A DNA stretch of 64,000 nucleotides from an uncultured Candidatus Saccharibacteria bacterium (GTDB lineage: Bacteria > Patescibacteriota > Saccharimonadia > Saccharimonadales > UBA4665), in NCBI GenBank assembly GCA_964484675.1, contig CAZAFC010000001.1, forward strand, positions 2,826 to 66,825, in the 5' to 3' direction. This document shows positions 27,124 through 36,753 of this stretch, piece after piece. The translations under genes were made by a program, and so were the position numbers. Positions within the stretch are counted from its first letter, which is position 1; each line of letters opens with the position of its first letter. The notes below the pieces were generated by a model, which saw nothing but the letters and a program-made list of their open reading frames with translations, did not search any database and was not told the DNA's origin.

Positions 27124-28218
27124 CTACTGCGTTGGCACCGGAGTGGTGCAGCTGACGGCGCAACTGCCAGCTGGCTGCGCGCCAGTCATGTCGCTAAAGT
27201 GGGCGTTGATTTGGGCCGGGCTGAGCAGATAGTTATAGATGGCGACCTTGCCAATTGCCCCCGGAAACCAGGTATCGAACGCCATGGTGCCGATATTCAG
27301 GGGCGAGCTGCCGGCTGTAGGCGTGATGCCATACTGACTCATGCAGCCGGTCGGCACGTGATACGATTGATTCCATTCGACGCCGTTGACCCAGATGTTG
27401 ATGCCGCCTATTTGCGGGCCCTTGCAGCCCAGCGGCTGCATCTGGGTTTGGTATTCGCCAACCACATGGAGCCATTGGCCGGCCTGCAGAAGGTTCTGAT
27501 TTGGCTGCCAGTCCGCCGCCGAGCCCAGTCCGGCACCAGGGTTAAAGACATACGCACTCAGCCGATTGTAGCGGTCCTGCGAATTGGCGCTGGCATACAT
27601 GCGCGCTTCCCATTCGCAGTTTGGGCTGTAATTCGCGCACTTTCCCATCCAGTCGACATAGCCAGAGCCGTACGGATCCGACGCCTTCGACCATTGGAGC
27701 ACATCTGGCCTGATCCAGGCTTCCCAGCTGAGCTGATGCGTCGTGGAAACCGAGAAAGCATCGCTTGAGGGCACAGTCAGGTACTCGCTCGAGCCGTTAA
27801 AATCGGCCGCCGTGTCGCCGTTGGGCAGCGTGGCCGAGCTCGGGGTGCCGCCTTTGTAGGTACCAGTATGGCCACTAGCCAGATCGGCCTCGGCACCAGT
27901 AGTTGCGTCGCCCTTCATGGCCCAAAAAGCCACTGGGTGATCGTTGAGAATGGCGAGATCATAGGGCGAGGCAGCGGCGAGCTTGCCTGCGGCAGAGGTC
28001 GTGCCGCTGTGCTTGCTCGCACGGATTATGCGCAGCCATGCAAACACCCCGATTAACGCGAAAACCACTACAAATAGCGCAGCCTGCCACACAGCCACTT
28101 GATACTCGCGCCGGTGAGTACTTCGCGCTGGGACAGGAATCTTGATCTTTTGCCGCAACTTCACCACTTTAGTGTAGACCTCGCGCGCTGGATTGGAAAT
28201 CTCGAATTGTGCAGTCAA
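27124..28218 (-). CDS. Membrane-anchored LamG/concanavalin-A-like domain protein
   Basis: TTG start and one N-terminal TM. The C-terminal ~200 aa carry a Laminin_G_3-type pattern (FNGSSEYLTVPSS...WEAWIRP...WLHVVGEY...IWVNGVE...IGKVAIYNYLLSPAQI). Confidence 0.8.
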   Translation of the reverse strand: MTAQFEISNPAREVYTKVVKLRQKIKIPVPARSTHRREYQVAVWQAALFVVVFALIGVFAWLRIIRASKHSGTTSAAGKLAAASPYDLAILNDHPVAFWAMKGDATTGAEADLASGHTGTYKGGTPSSATLPNGDTAADFNGSSEYLTVPSSDAFSVSTTHQLSWEAWIRPDVLQWSKASDPYGSGYVDWMGKCANYSPNCEWEARMYASANSQDRYNRLSAYVFNPGAGLGSAADWQPNQNLLQAGQWLHVVGEYQTQMQPLGCKGPQIGGINIWVNGVEWNQSYHVPTGCMSQYGITPTAGSSPLNIGTMAFDTWFPGAIGKVAIYNYLLSPAQINAHFSDMTGAQPAGSCAVSCTTPVPTQ

Positions 28219-28332
28219 GGAGTCGCGCGCGAAGCTCGAATTGCTTGGTATTTGCGAGGTTTCCCGGGGATATCTTTATGTGAGATAACGACTGTACAAC
28301 TCGGGCCGCATGTGGCACGCTACCAGCACGCC

Positions 28333-29805
28333 ATGAGCATACCACCTGAGCTAGAGCCCTGTGCCGGCCTCATCAATTCTGAGCATGCGCCGGGCCTGAG
28401 CGGGCACGACTCGCCGTCGCAGCCCCTCACGCCTTTTGAGCAGTTTGCCAGCAATACATACTTGCCCGCATTCGACCTCGCGGAACAGACCACGCTGGCA
28501 TCGCGGGCATCGCTCGAACTTGGCGCCACCGCCATGTCGCACACCACCAATACGCAGCCTCGCGATGTTGAGGCGTATGCCGAGAGCAGCACACGCTCGG
28601 ACACTTCTCGTGCCCGGTCTAAGCTCGCCGGCTCAGCGCTTGCTGGCGCCCATCTCGAAGAGCCAACTCCGAAATACAGGACGCCAGATGCGGATAGAGC
28701 TTTAGATGCATACTTGAGCGAGCCCAATGTCGAGGAACCGCCCTTTGATGACCCTGACAACACAGACATCGACGAGATGCTGCTCGAGGATATCGATACC
28801 AAAAACGGCGAGATGCCATCGGCGCACACCGCGCTCAAAGAGAGCTTGTATCAGCAGTATCTGCGTGATATTAACAAGATTCCGCTCCTCAAACCTGGAC
28901 AAGAATCCGAGCTTGGCCACGCTGTCGAGGCCGGTTTATTTGCCGAAGTGAAGCTCGCCGAGGAGCCAAATCTCGACCCACATCTGCGGCGCGAGCTCGA
29001 AACGATTGTCCGCCTAGGCAAGCAAGCCACCGAGACATTGGTCAATGCAAATCTACGATTTGTCGTTACGATTGCCAGGAAATACTCCCCCGGTAGCACA
29101 TTGCACCTGCTCGACCTCATACAAGAGGGCAACTTAGGACTTATGCATGCCGTCGAAAAGTTCGATTACACCCGGGGCTATAAATTTTCTACCTATGCAG
29201 TATGGTGGATTCGCCGCGCGATTATCTACGGCATCTTCAACCAAGAACGCACGATTCGCCTGCCCATACGCGTCGAAGAAAAGGCCAAAGAAGTCAATAA
29301 GGCGAAATCTGCCCTCATACTCGAAAAAGGCACCGAGCCAACCACCGAAGAACTTTCGGCCAGGACCGGAGTTCCGCCAGAAAAGATAGACGAGTTCAAG
29401 AGAATTACCGGCGACATCCTATCGTTTTCAAAGCCAGTCTCCAGCGATGAGGACAGCGCGAGTCTTGGTGAAATGCTCGTCGACGACGAACAGCTTGATC
29501 CCGCTGAAATCGCCATCGAACAGCTGTCTCACACCGAGTTCGCTTGGCGTGTCTTTGAGTATCTTGACTACGATAAGACAGCCCGCAGCAGCGTGCCCAT
29601 AGCCCTGCTGCACCGAGGCATCTTTCTGGACGACCCCAGGATGTATGCCTACGTGAACGAGCATGCCGAGCTGGAGCCTGGGCACTCATACACGTTCACG
29701 GAAATCGGGCATTTCATAAGTCGCTCTCGAAACACAGTCGCTCGGCTCGACGCAAGCGGCATCAAAATCCTGCGAGCGTTGGCCCGCGATTTTTTTGAAT
29801 TCTAG
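28333..29805 (+). CDS. RpoD-like sigma-70 factor with an acidic N-terminal extension
   Basis: Region 1.2 YLRDINKIPLL, region 2 DLIQEGNLGLMHAVEKFDYTRGYKFSTYAVWWIRRAI, then regions 3 and 4. Start set at ATG 28333 to avoid overlapping the divergent LamG gene. 28536 is also possible. Confidence 0.85.
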   Translation: MSIPPELEPCAGLINSEHAPGLSGHDSPSQPLTPFEQFASNTYLPAFDLAEQTTLASRASLELGATAMSHTTNTQPRDVEAYAESSTRSDTSRARSKLAGSALAGAHLEEPTPKYRTPDADRALDAYLSEPNVEEPPFDDPDNTDIDEMLLEDIDTKNGEMPSAHTALKESLYQQYLRDINKIPLLKPGQESELGHAVEAGLFAEVKLAEEPNLDPHLRRELETIVRLGKQATETLVNANLRFVVTIARKYSPGSTLHLLDLIQEGNLGLMHAVEKFDYTRGYKFSTYAVWWIRRAIIYGIFNQERTIRLPIRVEEKAKEVNKAKSALILEKGTEPTTEELSARTGVPPEKIDEFKRITGDILSFSKPVSSDEDSASLGEMLVDDEQLDPAEIAIEQLSHTEFAWRVFEYLDYDKTARSSVPIALLHRGIFLDDPRMYAYVNEHAELEPGHSYTFTEIGHFISRSRNTVARLDASGIKILRALARDFFEF

Positions 29806-29923
29806 GCCGAGCCGCAGCACGAGCACCCATCAGTCGATGTGCCGCCGAGTAAGCCTTCCCGGGGTACGCCCGCCAAATCAGCGATTCACTCGGCGACAGG
29901 CAAGACTCCAAAAGCGGCACACT

Positions 29924-29952
29924 TTGCAGCAAGTCGCCTGATGCGCTATCAT
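29924..29952 (+). promoter_or_regulatory. Candidate sigma-70 promoter of the peptidase/ABC-2 operon
   Basis: TTGCAG (29924-29929), 17-nt spacer, TATCAT (29947-29952). Confidence 0.4.
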
Positions 29953-29979
29953 GCTTATATAGATGATACGGAGGGATGT

Positions 29980-30780
29980 ATGACAATGATGATCACGCAG
30001 CAAGGCCATGGGCTGGGATGGCTGCCCGACGTGCCCGACCAGCGCGACAAAGTATTCAGCCCCACCGTAGCACTCGGCAAGCTGGGCGCTGCGCCATTGC
30101 CTGCGAGCACTGATTTGCGCCAGCTTTGTCCGGCCGTGTACGATCAAGGCAAGCTCGGCAGCTGCACTGCCAACGCGCTCGCTGCGGCGTTTGACTTCGA
30201 CCGGCACAAAGAAGGCCGCCCGTTTATGACGCCAAGCCGCTTGTTCATCTACTGGAATGAGCGCGACATGGAAGGCACCGTGAGCAGCGACGCCGGCGCG
30301 CGGATTCGTGACGGCGTCAAAGTGCTGCGCAAAATTGGCACGCCGCCCGAGACAGATTGGCCCTACGATATCACCACCTTTACCGAAAAGCCCAGCGCCC
30401 AAAGCTTCACTGACGCCGAGAAAAACGAAGCGCTCGCCTATCTGCGCATCACTCGCCCGCACGCTGCCAAGACATATGACATGCAAGCCTGCCTGGCCGC
30501 TGGCTATCCGTTCGTGGCCGGCATCGGCATCTACGAAAGTTTCGAAAATCCCGACGTCGCCAAAACCGGCATTGTGCCCATGCCGGCGCCAGATGAGCAG
30601 CTCTTGGGCGGCCATGCCATCCTGGTGGTCGGCTATGACACGGCCACATCACAGTTCATCGTCCGCAACTCCTGGGGCCAGGCTTGGGGCGATCAAGGCT
30701 ACTTCTACCTGCCGTTCGACTATTTGAGCGACGAGCGGCTCGCCTCCGACATGTGGGTTATTCAGACGGTGGAGGTGTAA
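29980..30780 (+). CDS. Papain-family (C1) cysteine peptidase, no signal peptide or prodomain
   Basis: GGAGGG SD. Catalytic blocks QGKLGSCTANAL (Cys), GGHAILVVGYD (His) and RNSWGQAWGDQGYFY (Asn/Trp). Confidence 0.85.
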   Translation: MTMMITQQGHGLGWLPDVPDQRDKVFSPTVALGKLGAAPLPASTDLRQLCPAVYDQGKLGSCTANALAAAFDFDRHKEGRPFMTPSRLFIYWNERDMEGTVSSDAGARIRDGVKVLRKIGTPPETDWPYDITTFTEKPSAQSFTDAEKNEALAYLRITRPHAAKTYDMQACLAAGYPFVAGIGIYESFENPDVAKTGIVPMPAPDEQLLGGHAILVVGYDTATSQFIVRNSWGQAWGDQGYFYLPFDYLSDERLASDMWVIQTVEV

Positions 30781-30784
30781 GCTT

Positions 30785-31693
30785 ATGGATATCGCGATCA
30801 ATATTGAAAAGTTGACGAAGCAATATGGTTCGTTCGTTGCGCTTGATTCCCTCACGCTGCAGGTCAAAAAAGGCGAAATCTTGGGCTATCTCGGCCCGAA
30901 CGGCGCCGGCAAAACGACCACGATTCGCACACTGCTCGGGCTGATACACTCGACATCGGGGCGAGCAGAAATCTTCGGCCTCGACACCCAAACGCACAAA
31001 GTTGAAGCGCACAAACGCCTGGCGTATGTGCCGGGCGAGGCCACCTTTTGGCCGTCGCTCACCGGCGCCGAAACGCTGCATTTGCTCAGCAAAGTCCACG
31101 GCCAAACCGACCTCGCGTATCAGCAGGAGCTCATCAAGCGTTTTCAGTTTGACGCGAGCAAAAAGGTGCGTACATATTCCAAAGGCAACCGCCAAAAGGT
31201 GAATCTGATCGCGGCGCTGGCGACGCGCGCCGACTTGCTCATCATGGACGAGCCGACCAGCGGGCTCGACCCGATCATGGAGCAAGCGTTCAAGCAAAGT
31301 GTTTTGGAGGCAAAAGCCAACGGACAAACGGTGTTTTTGTCGTCACATATTTTGGAAGAAGTCGAGGCGCTGTGCGATAGGCTGGCGATTTTGCGCGGCG
31401 GCAAACTCGCCGAGCTCGGCACGCTGGCCGAGATGCGCCATTTGTCGGCCGTGTCGGTTGAAGCGACCTTTGACACGGTTCCGCCAGATGTCAGTCAGGT
31501 ACCTGGCGTGACCAACATGCGTGTTGCCGGCCGCCTGCTTAGCTGCCAGATTCAGGGGCCCATCGAGCCGCTGCTCAAAGTGCTGGTAGCAGCGCACCCC
31601 AAGACGCTGCTCAGCCGCGAGCCCTCGCTCGAGGAGCTTTTCTTGTCATTGTATGGCGACAAAGACGTGCGCAAAGAAGAAGTAGCCGCATGA
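30785..31693 (+). CDS. ABC transporter ATP-binding protein (ABC-2/DrrA-like)
   Basis: Walker A GPNGAGKTT, signature YSKGNRQKV, Walker B LLIMDEPTSGLD. 4 nt after the peptidase stop. Confidence 0.9.
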   Translation: MDIAINIEKLTKQYGSFVALDSLTLQVKKGEILGYLGPNGAGKTTTIRTLLGLIHSTSGRAEIFGLDTQTHKVEAHKRLAYVPGEATFWPSLTGAETLHLLSKVHGQTDLAYQQELIKRFQFDASKKVRTYSKGNRQKVNLIAALATRADLLIMDEPTSGLDPIMEQAFKQSVLEAKANGQTVFLSSHILEEVEALCDRLAILRGGKLAELGTLAEMRHLSAVSVEATFDTVPPDVSQVPGVTNMRVAGRLLSCQIQGPIEPLLKVLVAAHPKTLLSREPSLEELFLSLYGDKDVRKEEVAA

Positions 31694-33375
31694 GCGTGGA
31701 CACTTCAGCCAGTCCGAGCATGGGCGTTGCCGACGCCGTAGCACCCGAGCGCCGGATGCGGCGATTTCGCTCACCCGAGACAGTTATTATGCGCTTTGTC
31801 GCCCGCCGCACGGTACGGAGTGCGGCCTTTTGGGCGATCATTTTCGGTGCATTTGTTGCTTCCAAATCCGCAGGCTATGCCAGCGCCTATCCGACGCTCA
31901 AAGATCGGCTGAACCTCAGTGCGACCTTCGGCAATAACGTCGGCTTGAGCGCCCTTTTCGGCGTGCCGCACAAGATCGAGACTGTTGCCGGATTCACCAT
32001 CTGGAACACGCTGTCGGTGATGATGATCGTCGGTGCCATCTGGGCATTTTTGCTGGCGACCAGGACATTTCGCGGCGAAGAGGACGCCGGCCGGTGGGAA
32101 ATGCTCCTGGCCGGGCACACCACGGCCCGCCGCGCGACCGCCAATGCTTTGGTTGGGCTGGGCTTGAGCTTGAGCGCGTTGTATGCAGTGGCCGCAGCAG
32201 CGTTCATTTTGGTGGGCAAGATTCACGCCGTAGATTTTGGCGTGCAGGCAGCGCTCTTTTTTGCGCTGGCGGCAACATCGGGCGCAGCGATGTTCGTGTC
32301 GATCGGCGCGCTATGCAGCCAGCTCATGCCGACACGCAGCCGAGCAGCGAGCCTGGCGGCCGGTGTTTTCGGACTCAGTTTTTTGCTGCGAGCCATGGCC
32401 AGCATCACAAGCGCCCATTGGCTGCTCAACCTTAGCCCGCTCGGCTGGATCGACAAACTCCAGCCATTATATGGCAGTCAGCCGGTCTGGCTTGTGCCGA
32501 TTATTTGCCTAACGCTCGCCCTGAGCATTGTCAGTATCATGCTCGCAGGCACGCGCGATCTTGGCGCTAGCTTAATCTCCGACCACGATAGCGCGCCGGC
32601 GCACACGAGCCTGCTCGGCTCGCCCTTCGGCGCCGCCGTCCGGCTCACCCGTGTCACGACACTGAGCTGGCTGGCTACCACCACTGCCTTTGCACTGTTT
32701 TTTGGCCTGCTCACTAAGTCCGCGACACAGGCGTTCAGTCAATCGAGCGGCTTGCAGCACCGGATTAATGGCGTGATTTCAGCGCCAACCTTCGGCGCCA
32801 AAACCTTTTTGGGTGTCGTCTTTTTCTTGCTTATGCCTTTGCTGATGGCGTTCGCAGCGAGCAGCATTGGGCACGTACGCGAAGATGAAGCGCAGGGCTA
32901 TCTCGATAATTTTTTGGTGCGGCCGGTAAGTCGCCTGCGCTGGCTGTGGAGCCGAGTCATGCTCATTGTGCTTGGCATTGTGGTGGCCGGCTGGCTGAGT
33001 GGCGTTGGCGTGTGGGCCGGCACAGCGAGCCAGCACACCGACATCGGTTTTGGCACACTTTTCACGGCGGCGAGCAATATCATCGCGCCCGCACTGTTGA
33101 CGCTGGGTGTCGGTATTTTCGCGCTGGGCATCGTGCCCCGCCTGACCACAGTGCTCGCGTACAGCCTTATTGCGTGGTCATTTCTGATCGAAATCGTCAG
33201 CTCCGGGCTGCACCTCAATCACTGGCTGCTCGACACTTCGGTGCTGCACCACGTGTCACTTGCCCCGGCCAGCAACCCCAATTGGCACGCCGACGCCGCA
33301 CTGGCGGCAATTGCGCTCGCGCTGTGCTTGATCGGCGGCCTGGCCTTCAATCGCCGCGACTTGGCAAACGAGTAA
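31690..33375 (+). CDS. ABC-2-type permease (about 12 TM helices)
   Basis: ATGA start/stop overlap with the ATPase gene. A 561-aa polytopic protein. Confidence 0.8.
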   Translation: MSVDTSASPSMGVADAVAPERRMRRFRSPETVIMRFVARRTVRSAAFWAIIFGAFVASKSAGYASAYPTLKDRLNLSATFGNNVGLSALFGVPHKIETVAGFTIWNTLSVMMIVGAIWAFLLATRTFRGEEDAGRWEMLLAGHTTARRATANALVGLGLSLSALYAVAAAAFILVGKIHAVDFGVQAALFFALAATSGAAMFVSIGALCSQLMPTRSRAASLAAGVFGLSFLLRAMASITSAHWLLNLSPLGWIDKLQPLYGSQPVWLVPIICLTLALSIVSIMLAGTRDLGASLISDHDSAPAHTSLLGSPFGAAVRLTRVTTLSWLATTTAFALFFGLLTKSATQAFSQSSGLQHRINGVISAPTFGAKTFLGVVFFLLMPLLMAFAASSIGHVREDEAQGYLDNFLVRPVSRLRWLWSRVMLIVLGIVVAGWLSGVGVWAGTASQHTDIGFGTLFTAASNIIAPALLTLGVGIFALGIVPRLTTVLAYSLIAWSFLIEIVSSGLHLNHWLLDTSVLHHVSLAPASNPNWHADAALAAIALALCLIGGLAFNRRDLANE

Positions 33376-33473
33376 TTTCGCAGCTAGGCACGATAGGCAC
33401 AAACCGCCACCATGGTATTGCATCTTTTGCAATGCAAAAGTAGTCGCAGTTTTTGAAGCCGTCGGCGATGTGA

Positions 33474-35264
33474 CTAGTGGCCTTGCGACATACGCACTTC
33501 GCGGATCATCCAATCTTGCACATTGTCGAAGCGCTGCACGTCAGCGTTAATCGTGTGCTCAGTAAGCCCATACACCGGCCCGCGCGTGATATACAAAAAC
33601 CGTGGCTGGTACAAGCCAACAGCCGGCGCATCTGCCTGCCATGCCTGCTGAAACGGTTGATATTTGATTGCCCGCAAACTCGCATCCAGCCGAGTGCGAC
33701 CCGCCTCAAGCGAAGCGTCGGCCGCCGCTGATTGATAATTCGAGAAGTTGAGCTGACTCGTGGAGCGACTGTCGGCCTGGCTGCTGTCCCAGTAGGCGAA
33801 TACGTCTGGATCCACCCCGATCGAAATGCCATAGAGCAGCGCCTCATAAGTGTGATACGCGAGCGCCGCCTGAAAATCAGTGTCGTTCTGGAGTACGAGC
33901 TGCACGTCGGCGCCCGCGGCGCGCCACTGCCGCTGGAGCTCACGAGCTACGCGGGGGTAATCACCACTGTCTTGGGCGTACAATTTGAAGCTCAGCGGCG
34001 TGCCAGCCTTCGTCCGGATACCATTATTGCCACGCGCCCAGCCGGCAGCATCGAGCAGACTATTGGCGCTTGCCAAGTCGAATCCGGCCTGTGCGTAGCC
34101 CGCATTGTAGCCGAGCTGGCCCTGCAAAAGCGGCCCGCGCACTGGCGAAGCCGGGTAGCCGAGATTACGCAAAATACTGAGCGTGTCGGTCGCCCGCACC
34201 AGCGCCTGACGCACTTGCTTGTCGGCCAAAACACCTTGGTTTGTCTGGAAAAAACTCATCACTTCGGCCGAAAACTGCATGCTGTAGCTGCGAACGTTCG
34301 CTTCGTGAGCTAGCTGCGGCGGCATACTGCTCAGGCCAGCCATCGCCGTCAGCTCCTCGCGCTTAAAGCTGGCAATCATCGAATCCTGATCGCCAAACGC
34401 CCGCACCACAAATTCACTCAGCTTTGGCGCGCCAGCGTGATACTCCGCAAACGGGCTCAGCGCAATTTGCGCCGATGCCGTGTCGCCAGAGGTGTTCGCA
34501 TCCTGAATCGCCTGCCAGCGGAACGGCCCGGCACCAATCGGATTAGCAGTATTGAACTGCGCCGTTCGCAAATTGGCAGGGGTGATATTTTTGAGCACAT
34601 GCTCCGGAACAATGCCATTCGTCAGCGAATACATGAACGAGCTGAGCGGATTTGGCAGCGCAAATGTCACGGTCGTCGGGTTTGGCGCCGCGACCGTAAT
34701 GCCCTGCCAGCTCGATCGCAGCGGCGAATCAACCGCCGGATTCTCGATACTCTGATAAGTGAAGGCAACGTCCGCAGCCGTTAGCCGCGCGCCATCCTGC
34801 CACAACAAATCCGGCCGCAAATGCACTGTGTACACCGTGCCACTCGCGTCAACGTCATAATGATCCTGCGCCAAATCGCCCACCAACTGGTTCTGATCAT
34901 TATAGGAAAACAAGCCGGCAAAAATCAGATGCGACACTGCGGCATCGACTGGCGCCGTGGCAAACAGCGGATTAGCCGTAGTGAATGAACCGACAATGCC
35001 CTCGGTGTACACGCCGCCCGGCGCTGGCTGAATGGTCTGATAATAATTGCCGAGCGCCCGAATCTGCGCCACCAGAATCCCGCCGAGCAGCACAAACAGC
35101 AATAGCCAACTCGCCACGAATCGCCGCACGGCCACGAGCCGCTCAAACCGCTTAAAAAGATGCTGATCGAGCTGTGCTTCAGCCTGTTGGCCAAATTCCG
35201 AAACCTGACGCTGGCGAATGCGCACGCCGCGCCGAATGCGTAACTTGAAAGCTCGGCTAATCAC
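33474..35264 (-). CDS. Family-5 (peptide/nickel, OppA-like) ABC substrate-binding protein, membrane-anchored
   Basis: 596 aa with an N-terminal TM and SBP_bac_5-like blocks (YTVHLRPDLLWQDG, NPIGAGPFRW). No cognate permease is adjacent. Confidence 0.75.
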   Translation of the reverse strand: MISRAFKLRIRRGVRIRQRQVSEFGQQAEAQLDQHLFKRFERLVAVRRFVASWLLLFVLLGGILVAQIRALGNYYQTIQPAPGGVYTEGIVGSFTTANPLFATAPVDAAVSHLIFAGLFSYNDQNQLVGDLAQDHYDVDASGTVYTVHLRPDLLWQDGARLTAADVAFTYQSIENPAVDSPLRSSWQGITVAAPNPTTVTFALPNPLSSFMYSLTNGIVPEHVLKNITPANLRTAQFNTANPIGAGPFRWQAIQDANTSGDTASAQIALSPFAEYHAGAPKLSEFVVRAFGDQDSMIASFKREELTAMAGLSSMPPQLAHEANVRSYSMQFSAEVMSFFQTNQGVLADKQVRQALVRATDTLSILRNLGYPASPVRGPLLQGQLGYNAGYAQAGFDLASANSLLDAAGWARGNNGIRTKAGTPLSFKLYAQDSGDYPRVARELQRQWRAAGADVQLVLQNDTDFQAALAYHTYEALLYGISIGVDPDVFAYWDSSQADSRSTSQLNFSNYQSAAADASLEAGRTRLDASLRAIKYQPFQQAWQADAPAVGLYQPRFLYITRGPVYGLTEHTINADVQRFDNVQDWMIREVRMSQGH

Positions 35265-35277
35265 GCTCGCACGCCCC

Positions 35278-35493
35278 TTACGAGACCACGATGCCCAAAA
35301 TTAGCGAAGCCGCAAACACAATTGCCACCACAATCGTCAGCTGAAAAATCGTCTTATCCGTGCCGCGCCGAACGGTATTTACTTCGCCCGCGCCGCCCAA
35401 GCCAGCGCCCAGGCTTGCGCCGCGCGTTTGTACCAAAATGAGCAAGCTCATCAGGAGCACGCTGCCGATCGCGATGTAGTTAAAAATGCTCAT
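35278..35493 (-). CDS. secG: Preprotein translocase subunit SecG
   Basis: 71 aa with two TM helices flanking a Gly-rich loop (LVQTRGASLGAGLGGAG). Confidence 0.8.
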   Translation of the reverse strand: MSIFNYIAIGSVLLMSLLILVQTRGASLGAGLGGAGEVNTVRRGTDKTIFQLTIVVAIVFAASLILGIVVS

Positions 35494-35497
35494 GCCG

Positions 35498-35869
35498 TTA
35501 GCGGCCTCCGTTTTCCAAAATAGCAGTCACCAAATAGTTTACCAGGCCGATGACCATTCCGGCAAGAATTGCTGCCCAAAAATTCGTCACATGCAGCGGC
35601 GTATACAACTTGCTCACCACAAACACCATCAGGCCGTTGATGATAATCATGAATAGTCCGAGGCTCAGCAAAATCGCGGGCAGGCTCAAGATCACGACAA
35701 TCGGCCGCAAAATAGCGTTCACCACCGCGAGCACCAGCCCGGCGATAATAATGACATGCAACTCGCTGTTGTACGTGATGTGCGAACCCAGCAGCCCGGC
35801 GGCCACCCACAATCCCAGACTGCAAACCAGCCAGCGCACCAGAAACCGATAGAAAAAACTTTGATTCAT
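35498..35869 (-). CDS. Phage holin family 4 (DUF360) membrane protein
   Basis: 123 aa with the typical LVLAVVNAILRPIVVILSLPAILLSLGLFMIIINGLM block. Confidence 0.75.
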   Translation of the reverse strand: MNQSFFYRFLVRWLVCSLGLWVAAGLLGSHITYNSELHVIIIAGLVLAVVNAILRPIVVILSLPAILLSLGLFMIIINGLMVFVVSKLYTPLHVTNFWAAILAGMVIGLVNYLVTAILENGGR

Positions 35870-36008
35870 GTTCTGGGTGATATTGTAGCACTTTTTCCAT
35901 AGTCGCGCGCAGATTCATCCACAGACTCAAGAAAACCAGAATGGCCTCAGACAATCAACATACAAGACAATAAAGGATGCTGCGCGCACATGCCGAATGC
36001 GCCAAAAC

Positions 36009-36734
36009 CTATCGCCGGCGGCGCTCAATCTTCGCTCGAGTTTCCAGAAATTCCCGTACAAAATCATCAAACACCGGGCCATACTCATCCATAAACCGCG
36101 ACACCCCTGGAAGTCCATCGTACAAAACAGCGTTCTTCTGCAAATCCCGCGCAAGCAGTCGTTTCCATGTAATCTTCGGTGCATTTTTCTTTGGAGACAG
36201 ACGAAACGCCACCTCAGCGTCAGAGGGCTGCTGACGGCGCACGTTCTGCAAAACAGCGTAAGGATTGAGTTCGTGGAGCCCACTACAGAACTGCGCAATA
36301 TACGCTGGGCGGGGGATTTCATGAGCCGGCAAATGCAAATCCTCAAACGCCTGCGTGATCTCCAGGCGCTTCCGCTGACCTATCCGCGCAAGCGCTTGAC
36401 AATGAAACAGCCCGACCACGAACAGATCACGTACATGCGAAATACCGTGCGCTTGCAACAAATTTCGCGACCGGCCAGAGAGATTAAGCTGGTGCGCCTC
36501 GATCGGCGTGTCAAGCCGGAGCGCTGGCGGCTCGCACTCGACAGCCGCCGGCAAAACCACGGCTGCCACGAACTCACGAGCATGCACCCCGCCGCCAAAC
36601 ACCTCACCAACGCCCTTCGACGGATCGAAGGGCGACATACGCTCGCCTGTTTTGTGCATCAAATGCACCTTAGCACAGGCTGGTGGCAATGCCAACTCGC
36701 CCAAAAAACCAAAGTCAAGAAGCGGCCTACGCAA
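36009..36734 (-). CDS. Hypothetical protein with an RNA polymerase alpha-CTD-like HhH segment
   Basis: TTG start in the ORF track, with internal ATGs also possible. LNLSGRSRNLLQAHGISHVRDL...IGQKRLEEI-type pattern. The opposite-strand 269-aa ORF is extremely basic and was rejected. Confidence 0.5.
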   Translation of the reverse strand: MRRPLLDFGFLGELALPPACAKVHLMHKTGERMSPFDPSKGVGEVFGGGVHAREFVAAVVLPAAVECEPPALRLDTPIEAHQLNLSGRSRNLLQAHGISHVRDLFVVGLFHCQALARIGQRKRLEITQAFEDLHLPAHEIPRPAYIAQFCSGLHELNPYAVLQNVRRQQPSDAEVAFRLSPKKNAPKITWKRLLARDLQKNAVLYDGLPGVSRFMDEYGPVFDDFVREFLETRAKIERRRR

Positions 36735-36753
36735 AAAAACAGCGCCGCGCCAG

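Noticed and set aside
28099-28332. Upstream extension of the sigma-factor ORF
   Set aside because: It would overlap the divergent LamG gene by 120 nt and has no sigma-like sequence. The start was moved to ATG 28333.
35490-35954. 154-aa alternative-frame minus-strand ORF overlapping the holin-family gene
   Set aside because: The 35498-35869 frame encodes a textbook DUF360 membrane protein. The alternative frame is Arg/Ala/Gly-rich.
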